A stretch of 64,000 nt of DNA from Guillardia theta CCMP2712 (lineage: Eukaryota; Protista; Cryptophyta): positions 1,008,258 through 1,072,257 of the forward strand of contig NW_005434670.1 in NCBI RefSeq assembly GCF_000315625.1. Direction: 5' to 3'. The notes under the pieces were generated by a model. That model was not told the origin of the DNA. It did not search any database and saw only the letters and a list, made by a program, of their open reading frames with translations. Within the stretch, counting starts at the first letter, position 1. The number at the start of each line of letters is the position of its first letter. Shown here piece by piece: positions 13,312-23,724 of the stretch. Made by a program: the position numbers and the translations under genes.

Positions 13312-14491
13312 TCAGCCTTTCAATGCTGCTAGCCTGCTTTCCAGATCGTCTATCTCGTCCTTCTCGCTCACACCCTGTATCTCACAGACTCAGTGGAAGC
13401 CGCACAGACTGAACCATGTTCGGACCTGATCGCGGGCGGGCAGTGCACCGCGTGAGGGGTTTGCGACTTGCGAAGCAAAGTCGATCCCGATCTCATCCAG
13501 CACCTGCAGGGACTCGTAGTCAACAACTCGAGGAGGATGAGGCAAGAGAAGTCAGGGGCGCTCACCTGCTGGGTTAACGAGTCTGCTTCCTCCTCGAAGC
13601 TGATGAAAGGAAGCCGTGAGACAGCAGCACAATAGGGAGTGACCACAAGAGGGGAATAGAAAACATGCGAGGGAGAGATGAGTTGGTAGAAGGAGATCTG
13701 GAGGGGATAAAGCATCATTGGGAGCAGAATTCACCCGTCTTCATCAAACATGCTTTCCAATGCCTCATCGAGCATGTCCTGTAAGGAGTTCAGTGCTTAT
13801 CAAAACGTTCAAATTTTCGAGAACCTGTTTGCTGTCAGAGATCTCGCTCTCTCTCTGGAATTCTTGCATGACTCTGTTCATTTGCTCGATGTCAACTGCA
13901 CAAGAATCAGAACCACAACAAGAGATCGCAGCTGAGCAATCACGACAAGCGTTGAAACCCTTCTTTCTCACCTTGCGCATTCATCTTGCCCATTGCCTTA
14001 GATATCCCCGCCATGCTCTGTACCATCTTCTGCTGAGACGCGGCAAGCTACACACGGTAAACATGCAGATTAGCAAACTCGATCGATCAAGTCTTTCATC
14101 ACCGTCATGGAGTTTCTGACTCCTTGCACTTGACTTTTCATGCTAGTCATTCTATTCTGTAAACATTTGTAGGATGAGCAATGTGGCAGGTATGCATGTT
14201 GGGCTCACCTGCTGCTCTCGGACTCTGACGAGCTGCTTTGCTAAAGTCTTTACAATCTTGTCTTGCCCTTCCTGCACACCCATGGATAATCACAGGGACG
14301 CGAGGATTCTCAACGCGAAAGTTCGCTGAAAATACCTTTGCTGCCTTCTTGATCTCGATCACAAGCTGTCTTTCCTCGCGCTGGAGGGCCATTTTTTCTC
14401 TTTCGATCTCGCGCTCATTCTTCTTGATTTCTCTGCCTTGCTGCTTTGCCACTTCCTTGATGTCTTGCTCCTTCTTGCCAAAGATTCGCAT
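13312..14491 (-). CDS. CHMP2: ESCRT-III subunit CHMP2/Vps2 (Snf7 family), multi-exon
   Basis: MRIFGKK..REIKKNEREIERE..LVIEIKKAAK / KTLAKQLVRVR / MQEFQRESE / EEEADSLTQQ-VLDEIGIDF / C-terminal MIM1-like DDLESRLAALKG*. Confidence 0.88.
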
Positions 14492-15126
14492 TTTCCTTCC
14501 TCCACCTTCACTGCACGACAAAGAAAATTTCAGAGCCCGCACTCTCGAGACCGAGCATCAACTAACAATCATTCCTTCCCTCTCTCATCGTCATTGTCGT
14601 CAATACTCATACAATTCCTCTCTCATACCTCTTCCAAACCAAAACTGACCACTCCGGCCTTGAAACTTTTTTCGCCTCAAAACACTTCTAGAAGCTTTTC
14701 TGCCGCAAACTCCAATATGCATTCTCCTGTATCTCTGCCTGACTCTCCGTGTCCTGCTCTCTGGCTTTCGAACCATTTCTCCTCTCCTCCTTCCGCAATG
14801 CCTCCACGCCCCTTTCGCTTCCTGGCGTCCTCCCGTATGACCATCGAGCGAAAATGTACTACAGCTGAAGCTGGTTCAACGCACGAGCCCGCCTCACGGA
14901 AAATTTCCGAGAGAAAGGAGGGCAGCAACAATACTGTTCCAGCTGGCTATGGCAAGAGTCAAATAAGTGTGTGCAGATGTATACTTCACTCATTCTGCTC
15001 AACACAACCTTATCTCTGTTTACGGTGTAAACTTGGTAACATACAGAGTTTGTTTTCATGAAGTGGTCAACATATCTCACCAATACTGCACAACTGCTGC
15101 AGTCCCCTGTTGCAACTCTATCCGTC

Positions 15127-16449
15127 TTATCTTGTTCTGTTCTCAATCTTCTCAAACATCTCCAGCGCAAGGAGGATCGCTCTGTCCATATTGATGTATT
15201 TGTAAGTTGCCAACCTTCCAACAAAGAAGATTGAGCTCTTCTTCTCCGCTTCGTTTGCCAGCTCCTTGTACTTGTCATACAGAGCAATGTTTGTCTTCTT
15301 GGGTACAGGGTAATAAGGCTCTCCATCATCAGTGCTGAATTCCTTGACTATAACCGTGAAGTCACTTTTCTGCCATAAGAAATGTTTATATTCCACAATG
15401 CGCGTGAAAGGGACGTTAGGCTCCGGGTAATTCACGACAGAAGCTGGTTGAAAGAAGCCTGAATTGCGCAAGACCGTCTTCTCGAACCGGATGCTGCGGT
15501 ATTCTAACTTTGGCAACCCTTCTTTTGAGAAATAGGAGTCGATGGGTCCCGTGAAGAATGTTTTGCCGCATTTGAGATCCTTGAGAGCGAAGTAGTCCGT
15601 GTTAAGCTGGACTGTGATCTTGTCGCTGCGGAGGATCCGCTCGAACCACTTGGTGTATCCGTGCTTCGGCAGCGCTTGAAACCTGTCGGAAAAGTACCTC
15701 TGGTCGAAGTCGTTCCTCACGGGGATTCTTGCAGTAACTAGTGGCTCCAGCTCGCTCGCATCCTTGTCCCACTGCTTCTTCGTGTAGCTTGCAAAGATCT
15801 TCTGGAATAGGACGCTTCCAACCCGGCTCTCAGCCATCTCTTTCGCATTCGCACAGTTTCCGTCGCATTTCTTCTGAATGGAGTTCAACCAACTTGTCAT
15901 CTCAGAAGTGTTGCGGAAGTTCAAACCGAACAACGAGTTCACCGTGTTGATGTTCACGGGCACAGGCACAAGCTTCCCGTCCACCACAGCTCTGACTTCA
16001 TGATCCCATCGGATCCATGGAACCTCCTCATGCCACTGGTTGACGTATCTCCACACCTTCTCAGAGTCTGTGTGGAAGAGATGCGCACCATAGAGATTCA
16101 TCAATATGCCCGTTTGCTCATCAACGTAGTCGTAACAGTTGCCCCCTATGTGCGATCTCTTCTCAATCACCACCACCTTCTTGTGAAGAACGTTGGCATA
16201 GCGCTCTGCTAGGACGGCTCCACTCAGTCCCGCTCCCACAATGCAGACGTCGTAGTTGAGATCACTGAGGTGTTGCGGAGGCTGTTTCGGGGCAACTTTG
16301 GAAGACTTGCGGAAAGATGAAGACAACATGACGAACGAGACGTGGTACATGGATATTCCGAAGAGAACAAACAAGAACAAATATGACCTTGACCGCTTCA
16401 CTCGTCCGCGCATCATGCTCGATGGAAAACTCGTGAAGTTCTTAACCAT
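15127..16449 (-). CDS. glf: UDP-galactopyranose mutase, bacterial-type, intronless, with N-terminal hydrophobic extension
   Basis: IVGAGLSG FAD motif, EKRSHIGGNCYD, YGAHLFHT, YTKKQW, LEYRSIRFE, FTRIVEYKHF, GEPYYPVP, GRLATYKYINMD. Confidence 0.95.
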   Translation of the reverse strand: MVKNFTSFPSSMMRGRVKRSRSYLFLFVLFGISMYHVSFVMLSSSFRKSSKVAPKQPPQHLSDLNYDVCIVGAGLSGAVLAERYANVLHKKVVVIEKRSHIGGNCYDYVDEQTGILMNLYGAHLFHTDSEKVWRYVNQWHEEVPWIRWDHEVRAVVDGKLVPVPVNINTVNSLFGLNFRNTSEMTSWLNSIQKKCDGNCANAKEMAESRVGSVLFQKIFASYTKKQWDKDASELEPLVTARIPVRNDFDQRYFSDRFQALPKHGYTKWFERILRSDKITVQLNTDYFALKDLKCGKTFFTGPIDSYFSKEGLPKLEYRSIRFEKTVLRNSGFFQPASVVNYPEPNVPFTRIVEYKHFLWQKSDFTVIVKEFSTDDGEPYYPVPKKTNIALYDKYKELANEAEKKSSIFFVGRLATYKYINMDRAILLALEMFEKIENRTR

Positions 16450-16947
16450 CGCAGAAAACTTCCCGGGCAGGTGAGAAGGATCAGTCAAGACTTGACTTGC
16501 CCAGCTTTCAAGTTCTGTTCCTTCCCTAACGTAGAATCTACTCTCACTTCAGCTCTTGTTTTTGTAGTCAGCTCAGAAGAGAAACTTCGGGCATACCGTC
16601 ATGCATCGAATCGCTCCTCCTTATCCTTGTTGCTCCTTCCCCTCCCCCACCTGGCTCCTGCTCCCGCCACACTCGCGCTCTTTATAACTTTTACTTACAT
16701 TTTAACTCATTTTATCTCAATCCCGGCTTGCCTCAGTGAGTTCGGACTAAAGCCGCCGGCGGCGGAGGCTCCCGGCGCCGCCGCGGCGACTCAGATCGGA
16801 CGCCGCCGCCCGCCGGGTCACCGCCGGGCCGCCGGCCAGTGCCCGCCGCCACGCCCATCGTGGTTCCGACTTGAACGGTCACCGTTTGCGGGGGGGGCCC
16901 GGGGGTGACAGTGTATCATGGTACCGATGATTTGAATGAACGGCCAA

Positions 16948-16976
16948 ACTGATTTTTAACTTAACATTGAGTAAAG
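16948..16976 (-). repeat. Copy of dispersed ~30-bp element in a CpG-rich island
   Basis: Reverse complement reads ctttactcaatgttaagttaaaaatcagt; matches the copies at 41400, 52840, 54868 and 54977. Confidence 0.85.
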
Positions 16977-17675
16977 AATGAATCGGGGCCGGTGTCGGTA
17001 GTACCGTACAATACTGGTGAAGGGCCGCCCGGCAGCAGCGGGGGCCCGGGCGGCCGCGGGCCGCTCCGGCTGAGGCTCACTGGGCCGCGCGCCCCGCCCC
17101 GCCCGGCCCGGCCGGCCTCTGAGGCAGTACTGAATTTACAACCAGCAAAACTAATAGGGCCGACCGTTACATTATCAGGCTGCGATTGCCGAGCTATGCC
17201 ACTCGTGGTGACAGCGGACGCTGTTCACAGGCTTCCGCATGGCGCGACCGTCTCCGTTAGGGAGGAGGCGCGAGAATTGGTGGAGATATCGAGAGAGCCG
17301 GAAGAGAACTCGGAAAAAGCGATGAGTTTCAGTGTCACGAGACTTGTCGAAGATTTCAGTTGAGTATTACCGTCAACTGAGAAAAGTATAAAACTCGGCT
17401 GGCTGGAAGAAATCATGAGGGATGAAGAAAGAGGAATCAAAGGCAATCGCATTGGTTGGTATTATGATAGCACTAGCAATATATAATGTACGGACATATC
17501 AGTCGGTAGGGTAAACTAAATGAGCAGACAGGAATGAATGGAGTTTGTTCGAAGAGGTTCCTCACAGCTCAAACTGTATTCCTTGGGATAAGAGTAATGT
17601 TGTTTCAAACACATGTCGATCGATAATTAATGTGCTGAGATTTATGTAATCTGTTACTACAGGCTCCTTTCAAAG

Positions 17676-20600
17676 ATGGATCTTGATGCCGACATGATTG
17701 ACTGGAGTTGGAGCGATTCGAGCGTCGATGACGAGGAGACAGAGGCAAGGCAGAACTCTCACTCGCGCTCTCAGGAGTGGAGAGGTTCAACCCCTGACGC
17801 TGGTAGCGATTCACTCTCCAAGGAGGTCGGGCAGAGGTTCCTGCCGAGGACGATGCAAGTGACACCGCACCATGTCACCGTGGAGGATGCCAAGTACGGA
17901 AGGAGAGCGGTCGAATCGCAGCGGGACTGGCACGAGCACCCGATCTCTAGAGCATCTTCCAGCAACCCGTCCAAGAACATCTCGGAGAACTTCAGGAAGG
18001 TGCCAGTGGAGGCCTTCAAGAAAGCCTTGTATCCATCCTCCTACGACAGCAACGGCGAATCTGCAAAGATCTTGGAGTATAGGAAGAGAATTGAAGACTT
18101 GGACCAACAATGGAAGCAACAGGTGGGAAGACCAGCACGATCCTTGAGGTCTGACTTGAGCTCGTGTTCTGACATCGATTGTTTCCTCCAGACACAGATG
18201 AACGCCAAGATGGAGGAACTTCTCCGTATGCAGGTGGAGCCAGTTAGTCTGAGCAGCTCCCCTCTGACCGGCTCGCAGGAGGAGGCTTTGAGTGAGCGCG
18301 ACGACAAGATAAGATCGTTAGAGGCAACTTTGAAGGAGAACGAGGCGAGGACCTGCATTATTTCTTGACTCGAATGTGTTCGACTGACTGTCGCATCCAG
18401 AGCCATCTTAGACATGTCTCAGAGAAGATGTTTCAGACCAAGCACTCCTCTTCGCTCCATGTTGAGATCTTGGAGGAGGACAAGAAGACTATGCAAGAGC
18501 AGATCAACTCATTGGAAGAAGAGAAGGCAAGGCACGAGGTCAGTCGCTGTCTGGTGGCCCTCCCTGCTCCCTCAAGTCTGCGTCACCTCAGGGAAGGATA
18601 TCGGAGCTGGAGGAAGCTGTGATTGAGCGCGACGAGAAGCTGAGAAAGATGGATCAAGAGAAGTTGCGACTGCATGAGCTTCAGCTGGAAGAGAAAGACG
18701 AAATGATCAGACGTCTCGAAGCAGCCCTTCAAGGTGAGGAGAGGGAGGGAGGGAGGGAGGGAGGGTCATTTCCACTGCTGGAGATGAACATGTTGCTTGT
18801 TTACAGCAAGATCAGACAAGACGGTAGAGGAGCTGAACAAAAAGGTACGAGGATAGGAGATCCAATGCGATGGACTCACACCATTGGAAAGATTTCAGAG
18901 CAAGAGGCTCAAATCAAGAGCTTGCAAACGGAGCACCTGAGCCTGAGCTCGGCCAACTCGGTCCCGCTGGAACAGATGAGGATGGAAGCGGAGCAACTTC
19001 AGATGGCGATCTCTATCATCGAGCCCAAGGTTCACATCCTGGATTCTCAACTCGCAGAAATCAGCACGTTGGAGCAGGAGAACAAGAAGCACTTCTACTC
19101 CCTCCAGATACGCGACAACGCCATGCAGAGTGAGCACGAGGCCATGACCAAGTTCCTGTCGCAGCGAGAGAGCATCATCCGGCAGCAGTCCAACGAGCTC
19201 TTTCAACTCAGGTTCGCCTGCAACGAGCACAATACCAGGATGGAAGGTATGGCGCCTCCTCCTGCATGCTCTGCCTCTGACACAGCGCTGCCCTTGTCAG
19301 ACATGACCTCGAAGCTGAGTGCTCAGAAGGAGAAGTTCGACGCCCTCCAGGAGGAACTCAGCAAGAAGGACATGAGGATAGAGCACCTGCAGAAGACCAT
19401 GGATCACATGCAGCTCACCATGGACAGGATTCACAGCGCCATGGGGGAACGAGAGTCGCGCATGATGATGCTCCAGGTGCCCTACCAGCTGGTTTCCCTT
19501 GCCCTCCTCCTGCTCTTGTTTCCCTTGCTCTTGTTTCCCTTGCCCTCCTCCTGCACTTGTTTCCCTTGCTCTTGTTTCCCTTGCCCTCCTCCTGCTCTTG
19601 TTTCCCTTGCTCTTGTTTCCCTTGCCCTCCTCCTGCTCTTGTTTCCCTTGCACTTGTTTCCCTTGCTCTTGTTTCCCTTGCCCTTGTTTCCCTTGCCCTC
19701 GCTCCTCCTGGCTTTCGTCTCTAAGTTTGGACCAGACGTCTCTGGACCAGACTCAGCCGGCCTTCAGCATAGCGCAAAAAGCCATCGAGGAGCGCGACAT
19801 GAAGATCGACGCCTTCCAGATGCTCCTAAAGATGGGCGAATCCCAGGTGCAGGAAAACCTCAAGGCGCTGGACGATGCCATGGCGAATCTCAAGGTGAAG
19901 GACGAGAAGATCAAAGAGCTCGAGGATGTGATGAAGGAGAAGAATCACCACATCGAGCGGCTCGAGAGGCTGCTGGAGGAGAGGGGCCAGCACGACTTGA
20001 CGCACAGCAAGGAGGAAGATTCAGAGATCATGAGGGCCTCGACATTCTCTCCTCAGGTTCACGCCTCCCTCCATTCGGCCCAGGAGGTTCCCTGGACGCC
20101 GGCGAACCGAGACGTCCGGGCTGAGGGGGAAGCGCAGCGTGCTGACGTCATCAAGTTCGAGGGGCAGGAGGTGACTGTGAGCAGGAGCATCGGGTTCGGT
20201 GAGAGCCGCAACCTGGTTGGCACGGTGGTGCGAGCGAACCCCATCCATGCAGACGGGGACCTGGTGAACGCCGACGAGGTGGGAGGGAACATCGTGCTGA
20301 TCGAGCGGGGGAAGTGCACGTTCTATGAGAAGGCAGTGAGGGCGACGGCCGCTGGCGCCATCGGCATCATCTTTGTCAACGTCGACGACGAGCTGATTCC
20401 TCCCTCTTACACGGAGCAGCAAGAGAGGCCCATCAGCGTCCCGATAGTTTGTATCCGGAAATCAGACGCGAGAGAGCTCAGGGACGGGACCCAGGTGTTG
20501 ATGGTGTTTGCAGAGGAGGCCGGGGAGAAGAGCTCTTGGCAGAACTCGTTGACTGTAGCAGCCAATGGACAAGAGGACGATCTTGCGAGCAAGGGTGTCA

Positions 20601-21496
20601 GCGTGAAGACTTGCAGGCTCGATGGGTTCATCGGCAACTACATCGTGTCAGACTCTGTGCTCAGGCTGGAGGAGAACAGCCTGCGTCTGCTGATCAACGA
20701 CAACAGCGTCGTCCTGAAGTTCGTGCTGGACGGTTGCGGAGAGAGCTTCATCGCTGCCATGAGCAGACATGCTGTCTCCTACTCCACCTTTAGGATCATC
20801 CTGCAGGACCCTTCGCTGCTCAGCCACTCCCTCTGCCTTCACGTGCTATGCTCCGACAGGGATAAGGCGCTTCTCTACCCCAGGTTCCTCAGGTTCCTGG
20901 CCGAGGTCAAGGACAAGGACGGGATGACCTACAACGGAGATTCTTCTCAAGGGCTCCCTCAAGGCATCGGGCTGGCTACCTGGCCCAACGGGAATCAGTT
21001 CATCGGCTCCTGGAGCGCCGGCTTCATGCATGGCGTCGGGATCTTCGTGTGGAGCAACGGCGACACATACCGGGGGGACTGGACAGGAGGAGTTCGCAGC
21101 GGCTTCGGTACCATGGAGTCCTCCTCTGGCACCATCTACCAGGGCTGTTGGAAAGATGATGTGAAGCACGGGCCCGGGGTCGAGGTGGACTCGTCGGGGA
21201 GGAAACGCTACGGGATTTGGCTCGACGGCTTCCAGCATGCAAGGGGGGTTCATGTGCAGTCAGACGGCAAGAAACAGTCTGTCCTGTACAACTTTGGGAG
21301 GATGATTCAGCAGAATGAGTTTCCTCACCCGCAGAAGTTGGAGAAGCAACAGTTCCAAAAGTGCGTCGCCACGGCAAAGGAAGCTGCTAAGAAAGCAGCG
21401 CAAACGGCGTCGACTGCGCAGCAGATCGGGAAGAACTACCTGCAGATCTCTCCTTCAAGGATGCAATCTTATTTGAATACGAACTTGAGTCCCTGA
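17676..21496 (+). CDS. Coiled-coil + PA (protease-associated) domain + MORN-repeat protein, multi-exon
   Basis: Long E/K/Q-rich coiled-coil exons; PA motif GNIVLIERGKCTFYEKAVRATAAGAIGIIFVN (~20215-20500); about 5 MORN repeats of the type YxGxWxxGxxxGxG (~20920-21290). Confidence 0.8.
19492..19700. repeat. Intronic minisatellite built from CTTGTTTCCCTTGCT and CCCTCCTCCTG units
   Basis: About 12 occurrences of gtttcccttg between the donor at ~19477 and the acceptor at ~19756. Confidence 0.9.
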
Positions 21497-21642
21497 TTGC
21501 AGTCAAAGTGAAGCACGTGAGCGGAACGATGCGTTTTGGTGCAGCAGTTGGAATGTCAACCTAGAAAACGAATGAAATAGCGGAATGAAGTCTCTCTTTA
21601 AGAACGTGATGATGCAACACATTAAAGTCTTTCTTATGAATC

Positions 21643-22248
21643 TCAACAGGAGCTGGCAAGAAGTTCGTTGGCACCTCGTATGCGATGAGAATCTCGCAGC
21701 TCGTCTTCAAGTACGTCTGCACCGTTGAAACTCCCTTCCAGTTTAGCGGCAGGAGAGGACTGGATGAAACTACATGAGCTGTCAAGGATAGACTCTGCCT
21801 CTGCCAGGAAACTGCACGAGGTACAGGAGTCGTCGGCATACACTCTGACTGAGGCATGTTGCTCGGAGCGTTCATATGGCAGATGCCGCCTGAGGTATTC
21901 TTCATCGCACGTGTCCTCATCGCTACTCTCGCTCATGGAGCCTGCTCTGTTTCTAAGTTCCTCCATCCTCCTCCAAGATCCTTTAGGAGTTATGTTCACT
22001 GCAGGGCTCTCCAGCATCGCCTTCCCGTGATCGCTTTCATCTTGCTGCGATGAAGCTTGTTCCTCACAACCGCTTACCCTACCATACCGCTGCAAGTCTT
22101 CATCATGGGCTTCATTGTTGCCTGCAACATGACACGCTCCTTGTTGTTTCCTTGCATCATTATCGTCGAATACTCTCATCTCCTCATCTTCTCTTGAGCA
22201 TCTCTCACCTTCTCCTCCTCTACAGCCCTGAGCAGGGTTTCCGTGCAT
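21643..22248 (-). CDS. Small protein with PEHE-like motif (MSL1/KANSL1-type)
   Basis: NITPKGSWRR...SSDEDTCDEEYLRRHLPYERSEQ resembles the PEHE consensus P-W...EDxSDExF/YxxRHxxxExxE. Confidence 0.55.
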   Translation of the reverse strand: MHGNPAQGCRGGEGERCSREDEEMRVFDDNDARKQQGACHVAGNNEAHDEDLQRYGRVSGCEEQASSQQDESDHGKAMLESPAVNITPKGSWRRMEELRNRAGSMSESSDEDTCDEEYLRRHLPYERSEQHASVRVYADDSCTSCSFLAEAESILDSSCSFIQSSPAAKLEGSFNGADVLEDELRDSHRIRGANELLASSC

Positions 22249-22489
22249 TTCTTGCCGTTGGAATCGGAGTGAAAATAGTATTAATTTCCAGATATTGTGT
22301 AGTTTTAATACTAAATCATACCAAACATACAAATACTCTCTATTTAACCCGAAACTACCTAAATTGTTTCCAAATTAAGTGAATTCTATATCAATGTATT
22401 TAAAATTAGCAGGTATGCACTTAAAACCAATCAAATTCTTGCTCGAACTCCTTTGGTTGCCCTACCTTTGAATCAGGGGTTTGCTGAAA

Positions 22490-22970
22490 AAGGGGGGTGG
22501 TTCTTGAAGTACCGGTACCATGATAAAAATACCCGGTCCTTGTACATCAAAATCATGGAAACAATGGGGTACCTAATGAATCAGACAGGGAAATGGGTGG
22601 GGTAGAAAGTAGATGCAGTTGAAACGGTTGTGTTTGAAAAATGTTTTTTTCAATGGGGTGGGGTGCATCAAAAATATAGGGTAGTGGTTTTGATAACAGG
22701 GTGATCATAGACACTGATTGGTCAATCCTCATTCTTATGGGGGTGGGGTCATTAGAGCAGTCTGAAGAGACCCTAATAAGTACAGGTTATTGGAGGGGTT
22801 TCAGCATTTGAAAGGTGGGTGTTGTTCAATGTAAGGGGTGTCTGAATGGAATGGGTGAAGAAGGGGGTAGGGTGTATATTTTCTGATCGAAAAACAGCCA
22901 GTGGGGTGGGTTTTGATGCTGGCTGGTACAAATTGATGGTAACATACAAAGAAATATCGAAGGGGTGATT
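22490..22970 (+). promoter_or_regulatory. GGGGT(G/A)-rich upstream tract (putative promoter-type sequence)
   Basis: More than 12 GGGT/GGGGT words on one strand; similar tracts at 5455-5810 (reverse), 12015-12290, 53180-53720, 55050-55170 and 58935-59355. Confidence 0.4.
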
Positions 22971-23131
22971 AAATATCTTTACAATTTTCAAATTCATCAA
23001 TTTTTAATTGAAATATGACATTCAAATTCAAACTTTCAGAGCTTTACAGATGAAAATTGCGGTGTTTGGATTACCGGATCCGGTTTTTGCGGGGACCGCC
23101 ATGGTGGAGGGCGCAATGGAAACGGAAAAAG

Positions 23132-23690
23132 ATGGAAGATGGGGCAGAGGAGGGGAGGAAGCGAAGGCAAGTTGAAGGAAAGCAAGGACTTGGGCTGTTT
23201 GACTTCGTTCAGCAGATCAAGTAAGTGACATGTCCTATACTCATTGCACTATCACTTCCTCCCATGTTCTCTTTGTTTTAGCACACCTTCCTACATACGC
23301 CCAGCAGCAAACACGCACGCTTCATGCAACCGTGTCTCGACTTTCACATCTTTCCAGTAACATCATCATTTCGATGCCACCCTCACTCGTCTGCTTGTCT
23401 GGGATGCCTTCTAACTCACAGTTCCTGGTTGGTACAGTCACCATGGAGAAACAAGGCGAGAGCCAGAACCCTGCAATAGAGAGTTGCACAGAAGAAGACT
23501 TCGAAGCTGCTAAGAGGTTGCAGCGTGACTGGTCAGAATATGCAGAGAAGGTGTGCTGCTCTTGAGAGCGTTTCGCCTCGCATTGTGCTTCTGAAGGCCC
23601 TCATTTGACAGGACGATGGGATTGTCAAGGACACGAGCGTCTATCTGCCGAGTTGCCTGTACATCGTGTTGAAAGGAAGATACATGAAAG

Positions 23691-23724
<34 letters not shown>

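Noticed and set aside
19499-19760. Cys-rich CFPC 'metallothionein-like' N-terminus of the 665-aa ORF
   Set aside because: It is the translation of an intronic minisatellite bounded by GT and AG.
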